From assembly GCA_030264375.1 (NCBI GenBank), contig JASCQW010000099.1, forward strand, positions 53,511,400-53,575,399: a stretch of DNA of 64,000 nucleotides. Reading direction: 5' to 3'. The position numbers were made by a program, and so were the translations under genes. The stretch is from Carcharhinus longimanus. Its lineage: Eukaryota. Of the stretch, positions 1-13,464 are shown piece after piece (positions within the stretch are counted from its first letter, which is position 1; each line of letters starts with the position of its first letter). The notes beneath the pieces are model-generated. The model saw nothing but the letters and a program-made list of their open reading frames with translations. It was not told the DNA's origin and did no database searches.

Positions 1-1659
1 TCGCTCATGAGAATACAGTCTATGAAATTCACAAATTACCAGTACACTTCTAACTCTGCTAGCTTCATTAAGGTGGTCTCGTCCCTGGGTTTCCCTGAAC
101 GTCAGCCTTCCAAGCGCACCAAACTATAGGTTGCTCCCAGGGCTTCACTGAGCCCTAACTGCCTGGTATGGAATCAGTGACCTTCCACCACCTTCTCAAC
201 TCCCCAGGATTTCTCTGAGCCCTAATATCCTGAAGCCTGCTAACAACTGCAACTTTTCGTTATCCTCTTCCCCTGCTGTAGAACATCCAGATAAATGTAA
301 CCTAGACAGTCTTCTGATGGTCCACCCATCTTCATGGTGATGCAGCCTTTCAGCGTTCACTGAATGCTACTAAATTAATTTATTTCTAACTCCCAAAAGA
401 AAACATCTCTCTGGATTGCAATTATTTGCAAGCGGTTTAGACGGCACATTTCCAGCTCTCCAGATAAGTCAGCCCATCTGCTGTTTTATGATCTTACCTT
501 TCTAGCTGCTAATCTCTTAGGCCAACATGGCACCTATGTTTTATATGTAATAGACTCCAAGCTGCTTTAGTTGCATTTATCCTTTTTTTTAAACATTGAA
601 ACCTTAATCTTCTGAGAACTGAATATTACCTCTACAATATTAACATGAACCAATAACTAGATGTCCAACATATTTTGAAAACATTCAGCAGCACTGCCAA
701 AATGGAAAAGTTATCAGATACATTATGGTACATTCGCCACCAGAAAATGTTATTTTCTGCATTGTCCAATAGTGAAAACCAGATCTGATGATACGAAATG
801 TGCCTAGAGCTTTGATTTCTACCTTGAAGCTCAGCCCAGCCTTCTGTTTGGCTGCTTCAAAGGTTGGTAGATGGCTGAGCTTTCATCTGTATTCAAGAGC
901 TTTGATGGATACTGCTCAGGAGAATTTATTTACAAATTAGTTCAACTGAATTTCATTATAAATGCTTGGCTGACTTCCAAGCCTACTAAAGGATTCCGCT
1001 AAGCTATTTTGTTTCTCCAACTTGATTAGTAGAAAACATTCCCTCGCTGTTTGATAGAACATATGTTGAGATTTAGTGAGGAAAAAGAAAAAAAATTCTG
1101 CACAGTCGATTGCATAGTTATTAAACATATCAATAAACAAGGTCTGTATTTTGTCATTCGCAGCTAAATTTTACCATTTGCTGTTGACTTCAAAGCAAAC
1201 TATTCACAAGTGTCTTGCAAGCTCTGTGGTGTCAATTCCACCTTTCTCATTATTTCATTCCGGTACCAGCTATTTGACATCCCTGCTGTCCAGCAATAGT
1301 GAAGTCATCAAACAGAAGAAACAGCCAATCACGTTGAAGAAACTCCACAGATAACAAACCAGAAAGTCATAAACAAATTTTTACAATTTTATTTTTTACA
1401 ATTTTATAGGTGAAGGAGAAAGTAAAATATCATAAGCAATCATTAAATATATATTATTTTAAAAATCTGTGGAATTATCATGGAAAAATTTGACAATCCA
1501 CAAATAAATGGCTAGAGAGATTGTTCAGCAGTAATTATGACTTAGTAGTTGTTGAAAACTCAGCTATACCTTATTCAACAAGCTATAACTGTTTTAAGCA
1601 TTTTGACAGTCAAATTAACAGTGTAGAAAGTGGAAACCAGTGTCGATTCAGTGATTTCC

Positions 1660-1840
1660 AATTGACTTCCATCTATATAGGCTTCAGCAGTGTACTCTAT
1701 GAAGGTGCTGGAAATCACTGATCGCAACTTCTAGATTTCAGCACTTAGCTGCGCATGTGTGGAATCTAGAACTTGCTGTCAAGTTTCACAAAGTAATGGC
1801 TATCGATATTGACAGTCATTCCAACCCCAAAATTCATGCC
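1660..1840. mobile_element. Decayed non-autonomous DNA element (MITE-like) with internal hairpin
   Basis: Inverted arms gcaacttctagatttca (from 1724) and tggaatctagaacttgc (to 1776); ends in TIR-like aaaattcatgcc. Confidence 0.4.
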
Positions 1841-3111
1841 TTTATTTAGCATAGACCAAAAAAATGGAAATGACAAAAATTAAAAAAAAAAATTAACAAC
1901 GTTTACTCAACAAATATTCACACAAAAATGAACTTTTTGGCATGTAGAATTTGGAATTCTGGTTGCATGAACTAGATAGCTAATTTTTGATCCTTGACAT
2001 AAGCATAAGCATTTTATAACTGCAATTTTGTATAAATCAAATACCAAAGAACTTTTCTCAATGCATTAGAAAACTGCTTTTAGTCTGCAAGTATTCCTAC
2101 TGTATGTAAAATGATAATGTGGTATTAGATAAAGACAGGAAACAGGCAGAGTGGTCAGATCAAACAAGGAAATTGTGTCACAACACACACAGAGTCTGTA
2201 AAAAATGGATGTTGGGGAACAACAGAAAGAGATCAGAAAGAAAAAAAAGTAAGCAAATAAAAAAAGCTGCAAGAACTATTAAGGGTTATTCAATTGATTC
2301 CTAAACTAGAAATTTAACCTGGTTACTGACCTGAAATGCATATCGTGACTGTAGAAAAGGAGTCAACAAAAAGTTATAAGGTACAAAGCCCACCTGGGCT
2401 GATTGTGAAAATGAGCTGAGAGTTCCAAGTCACCTCCATGTGACCAGGGAAGCTCATTTCACCCCTAAAATCAAATTTAAATTTAACTTACTTCTTTCAT
2501 TAAATCAATCATGGATATACCAACTGCTTAAGATAGCCAATAAATATATGACTGTGTTTACCATAAGAACTTGATTGCAAAGATGCAGATGGAACGTCAA
2601 AAGTAGAGGAAAAGCTATTCCCTAAAGAAACCTGATCTTTCTCTATATTGTATTTGCATCAACTGCCAATCGTACAGCTTAGAAGAAATTAACAGTTGGC
2701 AATAATGAAATTCATTTCTCTCTAATGTCTTTCATAACTATTAGCTTCATTTGTTAAGGAAACACTTATCCTGCTTGTGCATATATTCACAAATAAAATA
2801 AATTTAACTTGACTACATGAAAACATCAATTCCCTTCTAAAGTTAAAAAGTGCAAACAACGTGCTTTGCTATAAAAATTGCCGAACTAACTTTCAAAAAA
2901 ATCCGGTTACCTTTAACATGGATTTCATTGCTCAAAAACATTTTATCAGAAGGGAACAGTGACAAAATTTAAATTGCCATGGGTCCCATTATTAAAACCC
3001 AAATGATGGCAGGCTTCTAAATGTCTGTGAAGACAGCAGGCTTATCTTTGAAACATTCTTAAAGAGATTTGTTACCTCAAATCTAATTAATCTTCTTTCC
3101 AGTTATTCAAA

Positions 3112-4075
3112 ATATATAGATTTAGATGAGGAAACTAAATGTAATATCTCCAAGTTTGCAGATAACTCAAAGCTGGATGAGCTGTGAGAAGGATGCAGAG
3201 ATGCAAGAGTGTGATTTGGACAAGTTGAGTGAGTGGGCAAATGCATCATAACGTGGATAAATGTGAGGTTATCCACTTTGGTAGCAAAAATAGGAAGACA
3301 GATTATTATCTGTATGGGTTATAGATTGAGAGAGGGAATATGCAATGAGAAGTGGATGTCCTTGTACACCAATCTCTGTAAGTAAGCATGCGAATGGGGC
3401 GGGTGGTAAAGAAGGCAAAATGGTAAAGAAGGAAGGAAGTTTTTGCTTATACAGAGAGTGCAGCAAAGGTTTACCATTCAGATTCCTGGAATGGTGGTAC
3501 TGACAGCTCAACTCAGGGATGAGTTGGTTAAGATTATATTCCTTGGAATTAGAAGAATGAGGTGGGATCTCATAGAAACCTGTAAAATTCTAACAGGACT
3601 ACATAGGATAGATACAGGAAGGATGTTCCTGACGCACGGGAGTCCAGAACCAGGGGTCACATTCTAAGGATATGGGATAAACCATTTAGGACTGAAATGA
3701 AAGTAATGTCTTTATCTAGAGAGTGCTGAGCCTGTGGAATTACCAACCACAGAAAGCAGTTGAGAACAAAACAATGTATGCTTTCAAGGAGTTACATATA
3801 GCTCTTGGGGCTAATGAGATCTAAGGAAATGGGGGGGCGGGCTAGCGNNNNNNNNNNNNNNNNNNNNNNNNNNNNNNNNNNNNNNNNNNNNNNNNNNNNN
3901 NNNNNNNNNNNNNNNNNNNNNNNNNNNNNNNNNNNNNNNNNNNNNNNGGGGTTAGGGGATGAAGCGGGATCAAGTTACTGAGTTGGATGATCAGCTATAA
4001 CTATAATGAATGGTAGAGAAGGTTCAAAGGGCTAAATGGCCTACTCATCCTCCTATTTTCTATATTTTTATATTT
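3112..4075 (+). mobile_element. CR1/HER1-like LINE, 5'-truncated, RT C-terminus plus 3' UTR
   Basis: gatttagatgaggaaactaaatgtaatatctccaagtttgcagataac = DLDEETKCNISKFADN (FADD motif); 3' tail ...aagggctaaatggcctactc...tattttctat; spans the gap at 3848-3947. Confidence 0.9.
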
Positions 4076-5399
4076 CAGAAAAAGGAAGGCGTTGTAAATA
4101 GTATGACACTTTGGATGCACATCACCCATGTTAAAGTTGTACCATTGTATCTGAAAGTATTAATTTAATTTTTAAAGATGAATGAAAGTGGGATTGCATC
4201 ACAGGATAGGGGAGGGGGTGGTTCAAAGGCAAGGGTAGTCTTCAGTGGTCATCCCTCTGCTGAGACCCACAGTTGAGCATAGAATATCTGACTACGAGAG
4301 ACCCTCCTTCCTGGGAGTCTGCTGGCAAATTGTGGAGCTTCTCCCATGGCCACCACATTTCCCACTGTGAAAGGCTACATAAATCAGCTTTTAATTGTAC
4401 GATAAGTTAACCAGAGAAGGCCCTTGAAGTGCATAGTCTTTTTTGGGGAAGGAAGGATTTGATGCAATAATAAGCAGAGTAACTGATTATTATTGTACTC
4501 AAAGCAGCTGTGACAAGTCCGGTGTTCATTTCCAGAAATCAGTAGAATTCAGACATCTTGGTTTTTGCTCTTCTGGCTATGCAAGGCTGAGCTGGTGGCT
4601 CTTATTCTTGAGCAACCTTTTCACTCGTATTCACTGTTAGCCTCATGCATCCCCACTTTGCAAATCTTTATACGAGAGCACCCTAAGTGCACTAGAGGTG
4701 AATGGCAACATTAAGAAATTCCTCATTTTTGTGTTGAAGCAACTATAAAGTATGTCCAGTTTAGAAAGAAACTGACCAAGTGTCATCCGTACAAACCTAT
4801 CCCAGGTTCATGCAGCAACTGGAAAGCTACAGAGTTAATGCATGGATCTTTCACGCTTGGATTTTGCAAACAGTTTACATAAGAATCAATAAAACATGGT
4901 CTCTGCAAATATAGTTTTTACAGAGAACAACAGATATCTGGGAGAAAGATATAAGACTCTAACTTAATCAAGAGGTTTAGATGATATAAAATTGAGAGTA
5001 TTGCACAAACTATTCCTGAGTATTTGCAGAACTTTAAGATTAATTACGGGCACAAATGTATGTTTTTATTTATTTTTTACTTTTTGTGTTTATGTAGGTT
5101 AGCTTGTGGACCATTTATAGTGTTTTTGTGTAATCTTTACTGGAGTGAGCAATCAACATGCTCCATGCCCTTGATGCACAAGACTGTTTATTGTGACATT
5201 GACAAAAGAGTGTTCATGACATAACAGCTCTCTTGAAATCCATTTCCGAACAGATCACATACTGCAGGCTGTTAACAACTAACATTTGTTACATTTATTT
5301 TCATCACCTTCCTTAGTGAATGAAAATTTTAATGCCCATATAAATAAAAACTGTTATTATACCTTTTACAGAGGTTGGACGGGGATGGCTTACAAAAGT

Positions 5400-6550
5400 T
5401 AAATTCTCCCTCATCTGCTCTAACCTCACTTCAAACACTCAGAGCTAGGAGTTTGTGGGTGTCAAATTCAGATCGGTGATGTTGAAGCAGTACATCTTCC
5501 ATGTGAGACACATCGAGCCTCTAGCCACTTCTGCCGAGAATGATGTTTGGGCAGGCATCTCCAGTGTGACAGAAACCTGAAAACTCTTGGCAAGGCTCCC
5601 TACCAAGTTGCATCCACACTCCTCCATGCTCCTTGACAGCGACAGGAGACTGTCTGGCAGTCTTGTCAATGTATCAAGCATCTTGGTGTGTATCCTCTTC
5701 AGCGATATTTTAAATGCCATCCCATATTGAAGTCCTCCATAGTCCTCTAATTATCTGTGACTTTGCCCTCCGGTGAGCTGGCACACAGACTATCCTTTTT
5801 TCTTGGCTTCATTGCAGCCTTCGCATGCCTGATGACTCACCATATGCAGAATTCAACTCTAGTTGCCTGTGGGGTATGTGCTGTGTTAGTATCTGAGCGG
5901 GTGGTTGTAAGTATCAAATAAAAAGACTCTTCATTGGCTTTATTGTTCTCTTGCCTTTTTCTAGGTGTACTATGGCTGGTCAGACAGCAGTTTTTGGTAT
6001 GTGAAATCGGAAAGGAAAGATGGGGATGAGATGGAAAGCAAGAAGTCCATGGTCACATCATCTGTAGCTTGCTCATCATGTCAGGGAGCAGGATGAGGGT
6101 GAGCTTGGGGTGGGAAGGAGTATAAATCAGGAATATCATCTTCAGTGTTCTCAGTGTCTGTCACAACTGAACCCACAAAGTGAAGAACCACGTTTTCTTT
6201 AAGACTCTGAATTTAGCCCCCACCAATTCTACACTGCTCTCTCCCCTAATGTGTGCCACCTTAGCCTGCAAGTGTGAGGGAAGAATGCCAATGATTGTGT
6301 TATACTTTGGATGATATGCCAGCAATAGTTGAATAGCTGGTTGCATGTGGAAGCAGCAGGGACTGGATGTGAGGCTGGCAGCATTATACAGTGTGTGGGA
6401 TGGTGTGGGGTGGAATATCTGGACATTAGGCTTCAGCCTGACTGCTAATGGATGAGATGAGGATGTGGTACCTTGAGCTGCGCGAGAAGCTGTTGGGTTG
6501 GACCAATTATGGCCCAAAGACTCAAGGGAACGCTCCACTGAAAGCTAAGA
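5400..6550. mobile_element. Decayed probable PIF/Harbinger-derived sequence
   Basis: GC-richer block whose composition resembles other Harbinger-like segments in this window; no intact ORF or TIR pair found. Confidence 0.3.
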
Positions 6551-6644
6551 ATGAAGAAGAGCTCATCAAAGACAGAGGAGCAGACTAACAACCACTGGAG
6601 GAAACATTTCAAAGAGTTCCTCGATTGAGAATCTGTCTTTCACC

Positions 6645-6790
6645 CAAGCTGGCTTTAATCTTGTACTCTGGAACTCCCTCCCTCAGCCTCAACCTCTCTA
6701 TTGTTAAAATCAATTCAAAACTGATTTCTTCAATCAAGCCTTTGGTAACACCACCTAATCTTTCTCAAGTATACTTGGGCATCATTGTTG
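6645..6790 (+). mobile_element. L2 LINE 3' fragment
   Basis: ctggaactccctccctcagcctc...caagcctttggtaacacc resembles the L2 3' end at 42000-42150. Confidence 0.55.
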
Positions 6791-6944
6791 GCAGGGTTCT
6801 GATGAGTCCAGGCTATAAACTAGCAATTTACTGATGAGTTTACAAAACAGGAATGCCACAGCAACAGAAAAAATGTGATTAGATTTTCCGATAATACCAA
6901 GCATATTGACAAGGGCATTAGCAAGTGCACTTTCCATTCACAGT

Positions 6945-7068
6945 ATGATGTGGAAATGTTGGCATTGGACTGGGATGGGCACAGTAAGAAGTCTCACAAT
7001 ATCAGGTTAAAGTCTACCTGGTTTATTTGGAATCATGTGCTTTCAGAGCACTGCTCCTTCATCAAGTG
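6945..7068 (-). mobile_element. Short Penelope-derived repeat with decayed hammerhead core
   Basis: Reverse complement reads cacttgatgaaggagcagtgctctgaaagcacatgattccaaataaaccaggtagactttaacctg...; same family as 47670-47747 and 36658-36719. Confidence 0.75.
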
Positions 7069-7969
7069 GGTGCCTTCAGAGTATGGCAGCCATGTGGCTT
7101 TATAAGAATGGAAGTTCCCAAGTGCATAACTAGGTGATTAATCCAGATGCATGTCATTTTGTGATAAGACCAAATAATTTATATTTTCAAGGAGCAAAAA
7201 AAAAATTGACCAGTGGAATTCCAAGCTTACTCAATATTAAGAACTGGATAATTCCACCAAACATTGCTCAGGTCATTTTTCTTCATTCATATATCAGAAA
7301 AAATGCTGCCATAAGGGTTCATCATTTACAGAGAGACAAATGCACTATTACGAACCTGCACTTTGTTACAATGAATTGTTTATAATTGTGTCACAGAATG
7401 TCAAGCAGCTCCCATTAATCTGACAAAGATTTTTTGTACGTGATTGCAAGACATCAGTGACATATTTTGACTTAGCTAGTAGATGTCCTGTAGTGTTGTT
7501 AATGGGCAGACTTTTTGTTCAATAAGTATTATACTATATTTATAATGCATATTAAATATTAAAACTCATATCTGTGGTTACTTCATGCTTGTACAACTTA
7601 TTTTGCCACATGTTTTGATATTTTTCTTTCATTATAAATTCTTATGTACACAGTAGTTATGGGTTAGCCTATGTAAATTCCCATGTGCAAAATATCCGCA
7701 ATCTAGTCACCATAGCATAATTAAAATTAATCAGCTCATTTTTTAATACCTTCAGTGAAGTTGCTCTCCCAAAAGCATGGGCTGGGAGTTAATATTTTTG
7801 CACAGAGCTCGATTCTGAGTTGGATTGTGCATTGTATTAATTCTTTTCAGGATGCATCTGAACTCTTTATCAATAGCAGTATTTTTCTTCAACTTCTGTT
7901 CAATTCATTAAAAAAAGACAACATTGAAAAGCTCAAGAGAGGCAAAGTTTATATTGAAAGTTTTTTTTT

Positions 7970-8590
7970 AAAGAGAGACTGTGTCCATGTACGCCTGGGT
8001 GAGTTTTCACATATACAAAGAGTAATCAAAAAAGTTAAAGGAATGTTCTATCTCAAGAAGGTTGGAATACAAACGGAAAGAAGTTGCACTTCAACTGTGT
8101 TGAGGTTACACCAAAGCCCACCTCGAATACTGCATTAATTTTTGGGCACTATTCCTCAGAAAATATATATTGCTCTTACAGCTTAATTTATCAATATTTG
8201 TACCGGGGCTGAAGAGGTAATATTCGCTTTAGTGTAGTAAGCTGATAGGTGAATTATTTGAGAAGTTTAAAATGATAAATGATTTGCTGGAGTAAGACAC
8301 AAAGCTACTTCCCTTGGTGCGCAATTCCAAAATAAGGGAAGACCATGTTAAAATTAGCACAAGGCTATTTAAGGAGTGAAATCAGGAAGCATCTTTTCAT
8401 CTGGACGGTATTGAAAATGTGGTACACTCTTCCCCCAAAGCTGTGGATGCAACATCAATTGAAATTTACAAGATTAAGAGTATTAGGTAATGGTATCAAT
8501 GGATATGAGTCTAGGTGGGTAAATGGAACGGAGGTACAGATTAACCATGATCTAATTAAATGGTGGAACAGGCTCGATGCCTCCTGTTTC
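7970..8590 (+). mobile_element. CR1 LINE 3' fragment (old)
   Basis: ccacctcgaatactgcattaatttttgggcac (PHLEYC..FWA motif); 3' UTR ...aaccatgatctaattaaatggtggaacaggctcga. Confidence 0.8.
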
Positions 8591-9723
8591 CAGGAAGGAA
8601 AGAAAACAATGACTGTAAAACTACAAAATTATAGCTTTCTTAAACTGTACATTTATTATGCAGGCATGAAGGAGACTGAAAGGGTTTGAAAGAAAGAGAA
8701 TATGGTGAGAGAGAGAATTTGTGAACTAGGATGTGAAAGAAAAGGGGAGCGAGGGGAGTGAGAAAGATGTGTGAAAGAGAAAGGGGTGGAAAAGGGCACA
8801 ATGAGACAGACCTAGTGGATGCCAGGTTCAGGGAGTAGGCAGTAGCATCCAGTTGTTAGATACATTAAAAAAAAAGGGTTTGTGCAGTAAACAGGAAGTA
8901 GCAGATGAATGGATAGAAGGCATAATTAGAGCAAGGAATTCAGTATACTAGTAAAGCAGTAGGGAGATGAGATGGGAAAGAAGCAGCCACGGCATTACCG
9001 CAAATCCAGGCACAAAGACAATTTGTAGCCAATTCTCTACCACTCTGTCCCATTCAGGAGGAAAGCAGTTTGTGTCATACCTTGGTATCAATTTTTTTCT
9101 AATTCACTTACATGCATAATGGAAACTGCTAGAAATTTTCACATAATTATACACTGCCTCCAATGCTAATGCTAACTCCCTCAGCTTTTTCCTTACACTG
9201 AATGGCAGGGAACCCACTATGCTACAAGCAAGAACCACATTCTTGTTCAACAAAATGCCATACATTTTTTCTATTCAACTATACTATTTTTAAAAACACT
9301 CTTAAGCTTCTCAGTAAAACACACAATATATTATTTTAAAATATGAATTGAATTAAAATTGCAAGCCCTCAACTAGTTTATCCTACCCATTAACTCTACT
9401 TAATGCCACAAGTAATATATACCAAATTTATAATATTTACAACTCTAGTAACACATTTTGGTGTATAATAGTTAAATGGGTTAAGAGAACATGCAGGAAA
9501 GAGACACAAAATTAACAGTCTTATAACTGTTGCAGACCAACGAGATTGCTAAAACGTGACACAAAACAGTTTTGTTCATATATAGCCTGGATTATTTTAT
9601 GTGAATATTTTGAAACATTTATGCTTTAAAAGTGATGTCAAACACTGCGTGATAACATCATAAAACATATTCTTAAAATGATTGCAGTTCAGTACCAATA
9701 TTCGTATCTTCATGTTCATTTTT

Positions 9724-9820
9724 TCAATATGCTTGACCACAAAGTCTCTTGAAGACAAAACAAGGATAAATTTTGTAGATTTTTGTTTTTGGACCTCCAT
9801 TTCGTATATCAACAACTTGA
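9724..9820 (-). CDS. Weak candidate exon of an unidentified gene
   Basis: Acceptor tttcttttaaacattttttag; open as QVVDIRNGGPKTKIYKIYPCFVFKRLCGQAY* or, in another frame, KLLIYEMEVQKQKSTKFILVLSSRDFVVK...; no homology recognised. Confidence 0.15.
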
Positions 9821-11068
9821 CTAAAAAATGTTTAAAAGAAATGCCAATATGACTCTATACAGTATCTGTTTGAACTTTCAGTTTTCCTCGTCCTGCAAAC
9901 AATTTTCAAGCACACGCTCAATAAATAAATTTGGTCTCTGCAATCCCAATCAGGTCTTCAAAATCCCTNNNNNNNNNNNNNNNNNNNNNNNNNNNNNNNN
10001 NNNNNNNNNNNNNNNNNNNNNNNNNNNNNNNNNNNNNNNNNNNNNNNNNNNNNNNNNNNNNNNNNNNNNNNNNNNNNNNNNNNNNNNNNNNNNNNNNNNN
10101 NNNNNNNNNNNNNNNNNNNNNNNNNNNNNNNNTCTGTATGTGTGGCTGGTAATAAAAATCTTAACGATTAGAACCTTTATGTACTTAGGGAGCATTTTAT
10201 AGTAATAGCTACTGTGAGGGCCGTGATGTACAGGAATGACGACAACAGATTTAACATTGGGGCACGCAACCCGTAAACAAGCATACCCCTTTTACAGAGC
10301 CTTATCTGATCTGAATTATAATTAACACTGGACAATGTACATATCTTTTGCTCAAAGCTATGTTTTGAAACAAAACAAGATGGACATCATCTAAACAAAT
10401 ATCATTCATTCACACTTAAGATGCAGTCTCTCCCTAACTCCACTCCACCTNNNNNNNNNNNNNNNNNNNNNNNNNNNNNNNNNNNNNNNNNNNNNNNNNN
10501 NNNNNNNNNNNNNNNNNNAAGCTGGATAATGATGAAAAGTCCATATGTTACAAGGCTACCATAAATTATGTTAGAACGTATGGCTGAGCCACACAGGGGC
10601 TCCAAAAATAGGCTGGAAACCGCTTTGGCTGTCTGGAAACAAATTGCCCAAATTTCAGCATGAGAAAACAGTGTTCTTGACATACATTTTCCAGTGGCTA
10701 CAGCAGTTTTGAGCTGAAGCTACACAGACGATCAATGATATGATGTAACTTTTAATTTGTCAGCTGTTATGGCATGAGAAATACTTTGCCAAAGTGTACC
10801 AACATCTGCTAATAAGGGTAGTGCAAGGGAATTGTAAGGTTTATATTAAAATAAGAGGGGTAAAAAGCTCACTTGAAAGATGGTGTGCCACCAGTTTTGG
10901 CCAGTGGCCAGACAGAAGCCTTAATACTAAGGCAATTTGGCAGACTCAATCATAAACTCTTGCCTTGGGGTATCTTAGATGTTTAACTTCATGGAATTTT
11001 AAAGCAAATATTTCTTGTAATGTTTGTTGCTTGGCCAAAAATTCCAAAGCCAATGATTTGACATTTTT

Positions 11069-11832
11069 GAAAGAAAATACTTGCATTTCTCTACCACTTT
11101 TCTTCCTCAATGTCTTGCAGTCAATTAATACTTTTGAAGTGAAATCACTGTTGCGGTGTAGGGACATGTAACAGCTAATTTTCGTGTAGCAAGGTCCCTC
11201 AAACAGCAATAAGACTAATTAACAAGTGATCTGTCTTAGCAATATTAGCACCACAGAAACAGGCTATTTGGCCCGACAGGCCCATGCCCATATTTTTGTA
11301 TACTGTAATTTCCTCCAACTCTTCACCTAATTCCCTCTATTTATCCCCATAGGTGTTTATCCAGCTTCCTTTTAAAGGCATCTATGCTCAACTACTCTAA
11401 GCGTTTCATAATCAAATGACTCTCTGGGTAAAGAAATTTCTCCTGAATTCCCTATTAGATTTATTAGTGGCTATCTGGTCCTTAATTTTTGTCTTGCCCA
11501 CAAGTTGAAATATCTTCTCTGCATGCATCCCATCAAACCCTTTCATCATCTTTAAGAATTTATCAGATCGCCCCTCACTAGAGAGGAGGTACAATCTGTT
11601 CAATTTTTTCTGAAAGGCATAACCTCTCAATTCTGGCTGAGCGATAATTAATTGGTCAGGACACTAGCAGAACTTTAGAATAGTGGCACAGGATCTTTTA
11701 TGCATAGAAGTGAGCAGGCAGATCCTTGGTTTAATATCTCAACTGAAAGATGTTACCTCTGATCATTTCCTCAGTGCTGAGCTGAATGGCCAACCTAGAC
11801 TATGTGTTCAAGTCTCTACAGTGGGATGTAAA
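11069..11832 (-). mobile_element. Deu-domain SINE (SacSINE1/AmnSINE-like) interrupted by a CR1 fragment
   Basis: L2-like tail gaaagaaaatacttgcattt at the left; Deu-like core ...attggtcaggacact...ggatctttta...ggtttaatatctcaactgaaaga at 11635-11750. Confidence 0.7.
11251..11635 (-). mobile_element. CR1 LINE 3' end nested in the Deu SINE
   Basis: acagaaacaggctatttggccc tail; ORF track peptide ...NREFRRNFFTQRVI is the CR1 ORF2 C-terminus. Confidence 0.85.
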
Positions 11833-12189
11833 GCAGGTACCATAAGAAAAATTACACAGAAATGCACAAAAAAGCACACATCCTGGTGAATGGGAAAACT
11901 ACAAAGAACAATAGACTGACAAAACAGATAATACGAGCTACAAAAGGGGAGCATGAAAATAAGTTTGCAAGGAATTATCAAATCAACCAAAATATTTTTG
12001 CAATTGTCTTGCACACTCAAGTCCAGGTCTTTATTATAGATTTAAAAAAAGCCGTGGTCCTTTACTGACCTTGGGATATAACAGTGTCTGCCTACCTTCC
12101 TCCAGTCTGAAAAACACATTCCTGTCACTCACTTAATATACTATCCAAAATATTACCAAAACAACAGTAATAAAGAAAATAATTGTATG

Positions 12190-13075
12190 AAAAGTGAGAA
12201 ATCCCCAAGATCAATAGCTTCCTTAACCAGATTATAAAACAAGGCGAAACATTGTATATGTCTTAACCATAATGTTCCGAAGATCTCGACTTGGGCAAAA
12301 TTGCAATGGGTATGTCATGCCTGATGAAGCTGATTGAATTTTTTGAAGAGGTGGTTGAAGTAGTGGACATACCTACCAATGTTATTTATATGGGCTTCAA
12401 GTAGGAATTTGATAAAGTGCTTCATAGCTAAAGTTGAAGACAAACTATTGAACTGGTCAGAAAATGGAATGGCTGGAGACAGTAGGGATAAAGGGCAGGT
12501 ACTGCAGCTGGCAAGATATACAGCAAGGAGCTTAACTATTCACCATATTTCTTAACAACTTAGCCACTGGGGTAGAAAGCCATATATCCCAAATTTGCCG
12601 ATGACACAAAAAAAAAGTCTGCATTGTAAGCAGTGTAGAAAAAAAATAAAATCATAAAATGTACTGATAGATTAAGTGAATAGACAAAACTATGACAAAT
12701 GGATTTTAATGTAAGTAAATGTGAGATCATCCAACTTGACCCTAAACAGGACCAAAGAGGTATTTTCTGAATGGTGAAAAAAGTTGGAAGCAGTGGAGGA
12801 CAAAGCTGATTTGTAGGTCTGGGTTCATGGATCATTAAAATGTCATGAAAAGGTACAGCAAATAATCAAAAATCCTATTGGGATGCTGATCTTTATATCT
12901 AGAGGACTAGAATACAAGAGGGTAAAAATCCTGTTTCAGTTATACTAAGCCTTGGTAAAACTAAACCTGGAGCACTGAAAGCAGTTCTGGGCACCGCACT
13001 TTACCAAGGAAATGTTGGTGTGCCAGCTAGACTCCAAGATTAAATTACAAGGAGAGGTACCCTGAAATTTACATG
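12190..13075 (+). mobile_element. CR1 LINE RT fragment (decayed)
   Basis: tcatgcctgatgaagctgattgaattttttgaagaggtg (SCLxxLIEFFEEV); aaatttgccgatgacaca (KFADDT). Confidence 0.85.
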
Positions 13076-13464
13076 GTTACGCTGTTAAAACTCCCATTCA
13101 GAGTATTAACATTTAAAGATAAATTCAAATTCCTGGTGACCAACTGACAGACATTAAGCCCACAAGATTTCACAATTTTTAAAATAAAAACAAATATTCC
13201 TGTTTATAAAACAAAATTAAAGAAACTAAGTGCTACTAGCCGAACACTGTCTTAGGAATTATTCATGCTTCACTTTGAAAAGCAAAATAATACAGTCAAA
13301 GCTATTTCAGACTAAAATTCTTAACTCAATCTTCCAATGCACCTGCTGCCATTGCTCTCTCAGGGAGGTCATAGATATGGAAGGTGCTTGGTGAGCTGCT
13401 GCAGTGCATCTTGTAAATGAGACACACAGCTGGTGGATAGGCTTTGGGCAGTCAGAATGTCATA

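Noticed and set aside
785-802. CTGATGA-tac-GAAA hammerhead-like core
   Set aside because: No stem II, no palindromic stem III, G at the cleavage position and no stem I pairing
9724-9741. C-terminal GQAY* as in PAX7
   Set aside because: Four-residue coincidence; the upstream sequence is unlike PAX7
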